Shown here: one piece after another, positions 1-10,541 of the stretch
Numbering within the stretch: the stretch's first letter is position 1
Layout of the letters: every line of letters starts with the position of its first letter
Assembly: GCA_905331295.1 (NCBI GenBank)
Contig: CAJNYD010000061.1
Location: forward strand, 119,247 to 139,246
DNA: 20,000 nucleotides
Source: Rotaria socialis
Lineage: Eukaryota
Reading direction: 5' to 3'
Notes under the pieces: model-generated
Seen by the model: only the letters and a program-made list of their open reading frames with translations
Database searches by the model: none
What the model was told of the DNA's origin: nothing
Program-made: the position numbers and the translations under genes

Positions 1-738
1 AACAAAACGATCATCGCGGAAAAACGTATAGGGTATACATTGTCCATTTCTACACCGATATTCATCCTCTTCGCAGTTATTGATTTCAAGTTGCCAGCAA
101 TGTTCTTCATCAAGTCCACCATCCATACAGTCAATTTTCCCATCACAAATTTCACTCCAATCAAGACAAGATGGATATTGGCCACGATTGCATTGCACAT
201 GAATGTAGCACGTAAATGTATTCGATTCATATTCGTACGAATAGAATTGATTAATGATTTCATATAATGACGATTGATGAGGATTGTAGCCATCTATCGA
301 ATATTGACATACCGAACCAAAGTACGGCAACGTGCAGTTGTAGAAAAGTTGTGTGCTCATTGATGTTTGATTCGAGTTAGTAAGCTCATTCAAATACAAT
401 TGATATCTCTCGACAACATCCATTGGTGCTGACCACGTACATAACTGATGACTAGTGATCTTTCGTTGATAAAGTTCAGCAAACGTAAAAACTTCATCGT
501 GATTGCTTGCGTGTATGTGCCATTTTGATGGTTGTTCACTCATGCAATAGGAAATTACTTGATCTGCACTTCTCTCATCATTCATAGAGGTGTCAACATA
601 CAAACAGTTATGTTGATGTGTAGTATCTATCATTTTGTCGTCGATGGTTTCATCAGTCATGTAAAGATTAATTTGAGGATAATTATTGAAACCGGGTACG
701 AATAGTATGAAATAAACAACACTTCTTAGGAGAAACAT
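1..738 (-). CDS. 5' part (246 codons, runs off window) of a secreted/membrane protein with LDL-receptor class A repeats; resembles the large LDLa/EGF receptor-like genes of bdelloids
   Basis: Open from ATG at 738 to base 1 with no stop (absent from the ORF track, probably because the stop lies outside the window). Reads MFLLRSVVYFILFVPG (signal-peptide-like)...YNCTLPYFGSVCQY (EGF-like half)...CLDWSEICDGKIDCMDGGLDEEHC and CEEDEYRCRNGQCIP (LDLa motifs). Confidence 0.9.
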   Translation of the reverse strand, partial: MFLLRSVVYFILFVPGFNNYPQINLYMTDETIDDKMIDTTHQHNCLYVDTSMNDERSADQVISYCMSEQPSKWHIHASNHDEVFTFAELYQRKITSHQLCTWSAPMDVVERYQLYLNELTNSNQTSMSTQLFYNCTLPYFGSVCQYSIDGYNPHQSSLYEIINQFYSYEYESNTFTCYIHVQCNRGQYPSCLDWSEICDGKIDCMDGGLDEEHCWQLEINNCEEDEYRCRNGQCIPYTFFRDDRFV

Positions 739-2231
739 GATCGATGTTTTTCTTCTAACTGTTAAGAATAGATGCAAGAAATCAAACGTCAACAGTTCTT
801 ATTCATCAGATTGACGCACATCGACTCGCTTTTTTGTTCAAGAGGCTTGCAACTGTTAAATGTTTTTTATGATTAAACTAGAGAAAAAACGCTGGATCAA
901 CAGATTTCTTCTTGTATCTTGTGTAAAACATTTTACTTTTATCTGAACTAAGTAACTATGCTGGCCTATTGCGCACATACGACACTAGTAGAGTTATAAT
1001 TATATTATTATCAGAGAAGGAAAATATCATGGAATTCATCCTTCTGTTCTGATATTGTTTTATCACAATCTTTTATGTAATGCATGGTTATCAACAAGAA
1101 TAAAAGAACATTAGCAATATGGAGTCGTATTTTCAATATTAAATTTGTAATTAATCAACATCTGAGTAAAAAGTGTATATATACAATTATAGTTTAATCT
1201 CTTCAAAATTAATCGAGATGACGTTGAAACGTGTGTTTTGATTCTATGAATTTGAAATTTCTATTGATAGAAGTATGTGAAGTTTCTCAACTAATATTTA
1301 GCATTTCAGAAGTGTCAGGCTCTGCATCTAAATAGATGGCTACCAGCAACCAAGAGTAGCTCCTGGGGAAATTTAAGGAACTTTTCCAGCACAATGAATC
1401 AATAGAAAGAGTCATCTATCTTTTGCAATAGTTAATCCAATAAGTTCTTTTCTGTTTTTCTTAGCTCTCAACAAGGTTATCTATAAGTTAGACTAGAGGA
1501 TGTGTTTGAATTATAAAATAATTCGGCGCAAAGCTAACCGTACATACGAAACTATAGAAATGCTTTCAATTTTAAGTAGTTCAGCAGGGATTAGGGACTA
1601 TCAGGGGCTAGCTGTATTATTAGTTGGTGTGGATATCATGGTAAGACAAACATGCGAACTAAGACTCGCAGGACATAAGGTCAGACGTGATTTCCTTTGA
1701 AGGAGAGAGAAACAAGCTGAAACACACACGCGATTGAGTATAACAGTTGCTTGCTCCTTTTGAATTACCTAAAATAAAAAATTCCTATAGTCTTTTGTAG
1801 TGTTGTACTGAAGTTTTAAGTACATACATCGAACGTGAATTATAACTTTTTGATCTCGTTTCTGCATAGGTGCAAACCAATGCAAATTAGTAAATTTAAT
1901 TTCTATACTTTGATATAATATCAATCCGATTAATTTTAGTATCCCATGAGTTATAAATGAAGCGAAGTTGTTATATTTGATTTTCAGAATAAAAAAATGA
2001 TTTATTCAACACAGCTACAATCTGTAAATGATACTAAAAATTTGTAATACACGAATATACAAAAACTTGAGAATTTCAAAGAAAAAAATGCAGTTTTTTA
2101 AATTCATGACACATTGATACTAATTTAGATTTACTATTAAATATGTTTTCAAATAAATTGCATTAAATTTAAAATATTTATTTATTAAATATTTGAAATG
2201 TTATTTTTTTGCTTATGTAAGATGATCAACT

Positions 2232-2624
2232 GCCATTAAAATTTTTGTTGTGAAACTTTCTGCTTTCGTATTATTATCTAGGTAGATATTACAAAAATTT
2301 TCACAGGATGACGACGATATGTAACTAAAATATAAATAGAAAGAAATCTTTTTATTATTTTTGTGTTGTTTTTTCTAACTAGAGCGCTTCATTGATGATG
2401 ATTATGATATGTAAATTATTAAAAATGGCAACGTTAAGATTCACGAGACTCACGACTTTTACGATATGATCAATGTATCAGATTTTTTTGATGGTTTTAA
2501 ACCACCATTGTCTATGTGTAAACAAAGTCATTTAGCGCTGGTTGCTATGAATTTATCCATATTTGAACATGCTCGTATGCATTATGTTGATATACTTGAT
2601 GGTCTCACAAAAACAATTTCTTGA
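2232..2624 (+). pseudogene. Degraded fragment of a voltage-gated sodium channel alpha subunit (end of IVS6 plus C-terminal EF-hand-like domain)
   Basis: Allowing stops, frameshifts and a ~60-nt intron ending at AG 2381-2382, it reads ILQKFSQ...DDDYDM..KWQR.D....RYDQ.SDFFDGFKPPL...ALVAMNLSIFEHARMHYVDILDGLTK. This follows the protostome Nav/para pattern ILENYSQ...LTDDDYDMYYEIWQQFD...RYDQLSEFLDVLEPPL...CVDILDALTK. Confidence 0.8.
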
Positions 2625-3872
2625 GAATGTGGATGTGTAGATTGAGAGAAAGCGAATACACATCAGCTACCGTTGTTAAGAAAATTAACTAGCAAGAAAA
2701 CAAGATTTCTCTAAGTCATGCATGCGCTGGGATAAAATAAAAATAGAAAGATAGTGTTTTGCATGAACATACAGCTTCAAGCTATAAAAACTTATTTGTT
2801 ACTGGTGTTCTATTAGTTAGTTTAATATTTGTTCGCGTTGCTGATGATTATATACGCCTGCCAACAGAATATTTAAAATCAAACAAACCAAGCTGTCATA
2901 ATTGGAAAAAAAATTCTGAAAGAAATATACGCAACCACTCAAAACGTAGAATCATGTAGAAAATGAAAGGTAAAGTGCAAAAGGGGGTTGTCCGTTATTA
3001 TTGCCCGATGTTGCATTCATCGAGAACGTTTGTCAGTTCTTCACGATGAAGTTAATCAACAGAAATCTCATAAGTTATTGACTGTTCATTTCGTCAATCA
3101 GGCTGAGATGCAAGATCACCAAACTAATTTTGATGATCACACCTGTAGATATTTTGAGTGATCGAATTTCAGGGATTCTCAGAAATCGAACTAAATTCAT
3201 ATTAAATTAATAATTAATGTGTCCTAAAAACTTTTACACACTAAAAATTTCAATTTGACCAATACATTCGATAAATATTTAGTACATTGAAAAAAGATGC
3301 TCCACGATTTTTATCTATTATTTATCGCTTCTGCGTAACAATCTAGTCAGATGGGCCTTTGTGTGAAACCCAATGGCAAGATAGAATAATTTATCGATAC
3401 CAAGAAAGTGAAGAAACCATTGCCGTGAATGATTTCTCGTTCTCGCTTTCGGTAATCATATTCGAAAGAACTGTGTGGGATGATAAATCGCTTCGCATGC
3501 AAGTGGTATTGCACGCAATCTGAGCTAAAAAAAACATAATTCAGGGTGTCAACTCACACATGAAACTTTTCAATTAAATTATATTCAGAATCTGAATCAG
3601 CAGAAATGTTTCAGTAGGCGAAAATTGCTGAGACGACTTTGTTGTTATTTTTTCATTTTAGAGTTAATTATACTCATTCAAAACACGCTTGATTACTGGC
3701 AAGTCTATTTTCTCTTGACGTTGAATTCAAAATAAACAAATAAATATGTTCGTACTCAAATAAATTTCCATTGTATTCTTCATTTCATCTTGTAAATAAA
3801 ACTTGTGTTGAAAGCAAACATCAACACTCACTGAAATAGAAATCATTATTTTTACAGAAAGGCTGAAATCAG

Positions 3873-4343
3873 ATGAAACGAGCAACACGATTGATGCATC
3901 TGCCAAAAGTTATCGTTGGTCCCTATCGACCTTCGATTCGTCGCGTAGCCAAAACAGAAGTTAAACCAATCAATAATCCAAATGGAATTCCTCAAGTCTC
4001 ATTGGTACGTGTAAGAATTCATCGAAATAGTTCATTGTTCACAGATAAATTCTATATCTAGTCGTCACCCAGAACAAGTGATCAGACTTTAATACATCAT
4101 GAGATTCTGCCAGGGAAATCTTTGGATAAAATCCAAAGCAGACAGAAGATTTTTTCAAGTTCGGATTCTGACAAAATACCAGCAGACCAAAGGCTGAGCC
4201 GAGAAAATCACCGGATTTTGCCGGATTCACAAACACAAGACAGGGCGAATCCGCCTAATCTAATGAACTTCTCATTCACCATTAAACAAACACCAAACAG
4301 CCGCTATAAGCAAACATCTGAACAAAAGAAACGTTTTTGGTAA
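3873..4343 (+). CDS. Two-exon hypothetical protein, 137 aa, basic and probably disordered (exons 3873-4004 and 4062-4343)
   Basis: A 57-nt phase-0 intron GTACGT...ATCTAG (4005-4061) joins track ORFs 3873..4061 and 4122..4343 in frame. An in-frame stop lies just upstream of the ATG. No domain recognised. Confidence 0.65.
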
Positions 4344-5743
4344 AACAACGATTACCTATTTCTTTTATTAACAAAATCCAAAGCTAAAGTTCAACAAATC
4401 TAAAGATACTATCAAATAAAATGGCTTGTCCTCTTAACTGAGAAAGAGAAATCTCGTCAGGACTTTAAGATTTTTTTGATTTCGGTAGAATATTAGAATT
4501 CATTCGGTGTTTATATTCAATCATTATTTGACAGTGTGCTTACGTGGATCTATACTACGTAGGGCCTTTTTTACTGCTCTTTAAATGTATTCTTGCGTAC
4601 TCGATCTTTCTGACACACGACCAAATCGATTTTAGATCAGCACATCGGGTTGAGGAAATTTTTACGGAACAGTCGAATCCAATTCTAAATCTTTGCTCAT
4701 TCAAGTGCTTCATTACAATTTCATTGTGTTTTTCAGTACTGATATTGTGACATATGCTGGAGTACTAAGTATTCAACAAGTTAGACAGATTTAACAGCAT
4801 AACGTGTCTGTATCTTGAAAATATTCCTATATTCATTTAGCAGCCCATAAAGTACCTTATTAGCTTGTAACGATAAATGTTGATAAATAGATAAAAAATG
4901 CAATGTGCCTTTATTCAATGATGTTACTTTCGGGCCATTTCAACAAAAGCAATATTGACTCTCGTGATAGAAACTCACTCCTTCAAGGTAGAAAACGCAG
5001 ACCGAATTCCACCTTTTCATCATAACATTTGGAATTTCGAATCAAACGAGCGTTGCCTGCTAATTGGCGAAAATGAGAGACGGTATAAGCAATATATAAT
5101 TCCTATTCTGAGCATCATTACATCATCCTATTTTGGTTACGCAATAGTGAAATTCCCATTTTAATATTTCATTAATTTTTCGGAAGTCACATATATTTTC
5201 GAAGAAAATGGTGAGTGTAAGTTTAAAAGCGAGATTTTTGCACCTCCCCACCTCTCCCCATTACAGACATTAGTGAGTTTAAAATTATGCTAATTAGGAA
5301 CTTGACTAATTAGGCTGCTATTTCTTCTTTATTTGATTACAGACTACACGAAAAAGTCATGTTTGCCCATTTCAGACCATAGCAACTAGTATCTACCATT
5401 GCTAAAGATACTAGCTAACAATTAATACTCCAATACAGGCATGAGCAAATAAGTAATGGCCTAATTATAGATTTTGGAAATTAAAGTAGACTTTTTACAT
5501 GAGCTCTTTTAAATTATTTTAGTAAGCCTAAGGAATATATGTGAGTTCCACATTTTAGCCCCAAAGGGGCTGAGCTAGCAAGCTTTTTCGAGTTATTAAA
5601 GTTACAGCTGCTAGACAATTTTCTGACCGAGTTTCAGCAAGCATCTGTTCATATCTCACTTCGCTGTCAATATTCTCACTAAATTCAGTTATTAAAAGAA
5701 ACTAATAAAAATTCATCGATTATCATTTTCTCTACATATGTAG

Positions 5744-6311
5744 CTGCAACAACAACGACGACGACGGTGACAACAACAACTAGCATGTTAATGTTTTTTT
5801 TGTTTTTTTTAATCAGTGAATCTCATTCTAGCAAAAGCCTGTCCAAGTTCATATACCGGGTATTTGGCCCAATACAATGGAGGAACTGTATTTAACTGGA
5901 CTCAATTTTCCTTTACTTATACGGCTAATACAACCCAACCATTTCCTACATTTGCAATGGAAACAAGTTAATCATCGCTATTTTCTCTTAGACGATGTCT
6001 CTGTTGTCGATGTTAGTGCACCTGCTACTCAATTACTATCGAATCTTGGCTTCGAAAATTCATCAACGACAGCTACTGGGTGGAATCAAGTGGGTGCAAG
6101 TTGCTGCAGCTCGAATGCAACACAAATAATTACTAGTAGTTGCAACAGTGGTAGTAATTGTGTACGATATCAATGCGGTCCTGAGCTTACGTATAGCTTC
6201 TTCGGACAACATTTTACAGCCACACCCGGTCTTACATATAACATTTCATTCTATTTGAAAGCTACAGACACAGGAGGTCAGCCCACATTTTGTGATGTCA
6301 ACGTTTATTAA
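5744..6311 (+). pseudogene. 3' part of a gene with a Thr-rich linker and a galactose-binding/CBM-like beta-sandwich domain; frameshifted
   Basis: Thr-rich exon 5744-5782, then a 49-nt intron with a GC donor (5783-5831). The next exon reads KACPSSYTGYLAQYNGGTVFNWTQFSFTYTANTTQPFPTFAMETS* and shifts by 1 nt near 5968 into NHRYFLLDDVSVVD...QLLSNLGFE...TGW...TYNISFYL. W..FSFTYTA, LDDVSV and LL.N.GFE...GW are CBM4/9-like motifs. Confidence 0.7.
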
Positions 6312-7102
6312 TGGTGGGTAAAACTTCATGCCACTTTAAAATGTCAAGAAACGAAAATCACATATTTACTTTGAATATTACATTACGTAACAGTGTGTGC
6401 GTCATTATTAATCACAGTGTTCTTTATGCTCATTTAAACTATATTGCATAACAGAGAGAGAACGGGTACGGGTACCGGCACAGATTTCAACCTGACTGGT
6501 AGCTAGTATATCCTGTTGTTTTTTCTTAGTTTATTATATAAGTACTCATTTGAAATATCAGATTTATTTTAATTTTCAATTCACGGAATAAATTCAAAAC
6601 ATTTCATCCATAACAAACTAAAGCCAAGGTAGACATCATTTGAATCAACCAATTATATTATCCTAATTAATCGCCACACTATTGTGCGATTGCGTCACGA
6701 TTTTTCTCTAAAGTAAGTGTTTTATTCGAATTCTCAAAGAATCAAAGTTGGCTAATAATCTTGTGAAAAATGGTGTAAATCATTTGCTTTTATGTAAAAA
6801 TTGTTCAATATAATCATTGACTACACAAAACAAGTCCATCGTGGTTTGATAAGAATACTCTGGAATTATTTCTCTAGTAACAGAAAATATTAGGCAACTT
6901 ACATGAAGAATTGATAATTGAATAGAGTTATATTTATTTTATGAAATAACGTCGAATATCATTTGTAGATTTATGATGAAATAAATCAAAAATATTTTGA
7001 TAAGCAGATAAACGAAAATCCTATAAAATTAGTCGAATCATATAAATCAGAATTTTATTTTCAGCATGGGCATCATCGATGAACCAATCTCGACTTTATA
7101 TA

Positions 7103-8033
7103 CACTGATAAAAAAATCCGGGTAATGATTTACCCCTGCACTTAAAAAAGTCGCCATTACACCCTTGAAGGGTTTATTAGTCGAAGGATCTATGACGCTA
7201 TAGGTTTATGAAAACTCAAGGGGTATATGATGGGTACATAAGGATTCATTACTCTACGATTTTAAGATAAGAGCATATCCTTCAACGGATGATAGTAGAT
7301 TGTTGTTCACTTTCAAGGTAAGGGTATATTATTCTTCGTCATCAGGTTTACTATTTTACTTTTTTGTTCAAAGGGTACATCACTCTACTTTTCTCGGTAG
7401 AGTAAGCTACACTGTAAAAAAAATTCGTAGAATACTAAACCCTTAAGGGTTGATGAAAGGGCAACTTATAATAAAACCTTTTTCCGTTTTTTAAAATTTT
7501 CATAAACCCTAAAGGGTATTTTCCACATAATCATAAACCCTTAAAGGGTTTATGAAAATTTTTAAAACGGAAAAAGGGTTTATTTTACGTTGCACTTTCA
7601 TCAACCCTTTTTGGGTTTAGTATTCTACGGATTTTTTTACAGTGTACCCTTTCGCAGAAACAGTTCCTTATTCTATGCCTAAGGGTAGATTCTGCTACCA
7701 TTTCCTGCTAAGGGTTTAGTATTCTACGTTTAACAGTTGATTCATCTACATCTTAATAAAAATGGTTTAGTACTGTACATGAATGCTCTATTATATACCT
7801 TTTCAGGGACAAGGGTTTTGTATTCTACCGACTGACATCGACTGATATACCTTAGCATCTCCAGGGATAGTTCCATCGTCGGTTGAGGGTTGATTCTACT
7901 TCTCTTTCATTGAAAGGGTTTATCATTCTACGTACAGAGATCGAATGTTCTATTGTTTGATCGTTAAGGTTTATTACTATACGCACAGGGGTTGATTATT
8001 TTACCTTTGCATCAAAAATGGTTTCTTAGCGTG
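7103..8033. mobile_element. Older non-autonomous CACTA/CMC-like element with ~25-30 bp degenerate internal repeats; host of the nested MITE
   Basis: Starts TA|CACTGATAAAAAAATCCG. Many variants of AAGGGTTTAGTATTCTAC follow (e.g. 7681, 7710, 7811, 7915). Tentative right end TTTCTTAGCGTG at 8033. Confidence 0.55.
7410..7644. mobile_element. 235-bp near-fully palindromic MITE with CACTG termini and TA duplication (CACTA/CMC-like)
   Basis: Left end CACTGTAAAAAAAATTCGTAGAATACTAAACCC, right end GGGTTTAGTATTCTACGGATTTTTTTACAGTG. Arms are ~105 bp. TA flanks at 7408-7409 and 7645-7646. Confidence 0.9.
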
Positions 8034-8490
8034 TTGGCGTGAAGATCTGGGTCTGATTAATGATACTTTATACAGTCACCCACGCTCTAACTTGATGAAA
8101 AGAAATAGTAAGATGCCCATCGTTTTTTGCACTGGTCACAACTGAAAGGAAAATATGGATCACTTATTTGGTGAACTTGCGGTGTAATTACATGAAACAA
8201 TGTTTTGATATGCAAAAATAAGAAGTAGTGAAATTAGAGTCACACTTCATTGACTCAGGTAAACATTTTATGTTAGAAAAAAAGAAAAAAACGTGTAACG
8301 TCTTTATATACAAAGTAATACCTCTTGCAGATTCACATTAAAAAATAAGCAGTTTGATATCGGCTGGTAAGTAGTCTTATTCGATCATCGATATTTTTAC
8401 ATTAGCGATATGTTTGATTTTTATAGTAAAGCAGTGTATATAATAATGACAGCAAAAATGAGGAAAGATAAACATGCATTTTTGTGTTTA

Positions 8491-9716
8491 GAGAGGTGTC
8501 ACATATCCGAAATATCGGGCACCCTGGAGATGCCAAGGGAGACGCCGACACACAAAACTATAACTAACACATAATACAAATACTATGCGTATATAACATT
8601 ATTTAAGCACATTCTGCGTCTCACGCAGAGACACTGCATCTCTGGCATCTCCATCTACGACATCTACCGATGAAGAGACATTTTTCGATTTTTAGTCCAG
8701 ACCCCTCCGGAAGATGCCGCCTCTGATGCAGAGACGCCATATCTTCGGGGAACTACTGAGGAAAAACATTTTCCTGATTTCAAGGCTATAACCAATACCC
8801 ATCCTTGGGTTACAATCGAGTGTGGAAACCGTTCATCCAGCAATGCCGTCTAGCTCACACGGAAGGCGAACCCATAAATTAGTTCATCATAGGACGCAGC
8901 GAACGGTGCTGGTGGGCACCGAAACAATTATCGACTTGCTAAATCGTAGTCATCCATGGATATAGCTACATAAACGAAACACTAAATTTGCAGGGAATGA
9001 CAGGTTAAAAAGTAAAAACAGGCGCACTACCAACCACGTGGAAAATGCAAATCATTCGATATTGGCGCGTCGCTGCGGTAGACAAGCATGAAAACACGCG
9101 CATCTACTTAGACGCAAGTTGAATGCATGCACCCACACCCACATCTTACGGTTAGAATGATAATTCGAGTAACAGAGATGCGTCCGTATCTGTACACAGT
9201 CGTTTTCCAGCTATCATCAGACCCACATTAGGTATGCTGTATACGTGTGTAAACGAGTTATTCCGCCTTTCGTGACACCTGCACTTGCGATGGGTGTGGC
9301 AGTGTGTGAATGCGTTAATGTGTTTTCGTGCTTCTCTACCGTGGTAGCACTCCAACATTGAGTGATATGCGTTTTTGGCGTGGTTAGCAGTTTGCCTGTT
9401 TTACCTTTTTGTGCCTGATTCAGTGTATATCTAGTGTTTTCCCTATGTGACTCTATCCACGAAAGACTTCGATTTAGTGTGCCTACCTATGTTTCGACGC
9501 TCACCCTCTCGCTATGGAGACAAATCTTCAGGTGGGGTCTATGGGCTAAAAATCAAAAAATATGTTTTCATCGGGAGATGCGGCAGATACAGATTGCGCC
9601 TGATGGATTCCTTATAACTATGATATTTATATTTGCTGGGAGTATTACTGATGTGTATCCCGCATCTCCCGTGGCATCTCTGGCATGCCCGATTTGTTGG
9701 GTATGTGACACTTTTG
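8491..9716. mobile_element. ~1.2-kb non-coding fold-back element with long diverged inverted arms, flanked by TA
   Basis: GTGTCACATATCCGAAATATCGGGCA (8496) matches the reverse complement of TGCCCGATTTGTTGGGTATGTGACAC (ends 9711). Pairing continues for 8660-8716 with 9522-9580 and for 8939-9098 with 9319-9477. TA at 8489-8490 and 9717-9718. Confidence 0.8.
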
Positions 9717-10077
9717 TATCTTCGTGAACAATATTCTGCAGATAGTGTGACAATGTTGTAACGATACGAGATGTTTTATCGTGATATCGAACTGTTTTAT
9801 TCCAATCTTCCTTCTCCTTTTATAGTTACACTTTCTTTCTCCGGGGCGCGTCACTCAACTGGAGAGAACGAGAAAGAACACGACAAAAAGGAAGAGAGAA
9901 TACATATAACAATGAGGAGAAAGTCGTTATGTACATTGATTAGGATCGAACGAGTGCTTATATCTGCACAGTCACATTTTCAGCAGAAATGGGCCACCCC
10001 ACATAAAGTCATACGTTTTAAGTAGAATTGGAAAAGAAAGAATATATATGCACATATATATAGAGATAAATGTCATA

Positions 10078-10541
10078 GGTCCACAAGAAATTGAAGTTAT
10101 CCTGGTCTAACTTTCCTTTATAAATATATGCGATTGTTAGGTGCCGGACTAACAGCGAGATGATAATACCACAGAACGGAGAAAAAGATAATCCTTTCGT
10201 GGGATTCGAACCACACATCCTCTGCCATCCGGGGAGATGTACTACCGTTATACTAGAAAAGACAACTTAATCTCCGCTTAGAATTGTAGGGGACCACCAC
10301 AATTCCAACAGCGGTAATTATCAGTTTGATTCCTTTAGATCCCTGTAGTACTTTTAGCCTCTTGAATCCATTTTTAAATCTAAAGTGATCAAAAGGGACT
10401 AAAAGAACTAAAGGTAATAGGCGGGCTAAAGGGACTAAGGGGGGTAATAGGGCTAAAGGGATTAAATGAATCTAAAGGATAATGAGGGTTTATATTTGTA
10501 AAGAAAAGCGAGACCAGGATAACTTCAATTTCTTATGGACC
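10078..10541. mobile_element. ~465-bp element with ~51-bp terminal inverted repeats enclosing a tRNA-like sequence and 9-bp repeats
   Basis: GGTCCACAAGAAATTGAAGTTATCCTGGTCT...ATAAATATA (10078-10128) pairs with TATATTTGTAAAG...AGACCAGGATAACTTCAATTTCTTATGGACC (10491-10541). Internal AAAGGGACT-like repeats at 10391-10480. Confidence 0.8.
10191..10262 (-). pseudogene. tRNA-derived sequence (SINE-head-like pseudo-tRNA) with Pol III A and B boxes
   Basis: Minus strand reads TCTTTTC TAGTATAACGGTAGTAC A TCTCC CCGGATG GCAGA GGAT GTGTGG TTCGAAT CCCAC GAAAGGA. The 7-bp acceptor stem, D-arm and GGTTCGAATCC are present, but the anticodon arm is non-canonical and the T-stem is bulged. Confidence 0.75.

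Noticed and set aside
40..267. Track ORF on the plus strand
   Set aside because: Antisense shadow of the LDLa gene.
1501..1828. Possible solo LTR (TG...CA with AATAAA near 1772)
   Set aside because: No target-site duplication, primer-binding site or second copy.
7650..8010. CRISPR-like periodic repeats
   Set aside because: The units are degenerate and irregular transposon subterminal repeats in a eukaryotic context, with no cas genes.
9152..10218. Short track ORFs in 9152-10218
   Set aside because: They lie in or beside non-coding repeats and show no transposase or other motifs.
10191..10262. Functional tRNA gene
   Set aside because: The anticodon loop lacks U33 and the purine at 37, the anticodon stem has a C-C mismatch, the T-stem is bulged, and it sits inside a TIR element.
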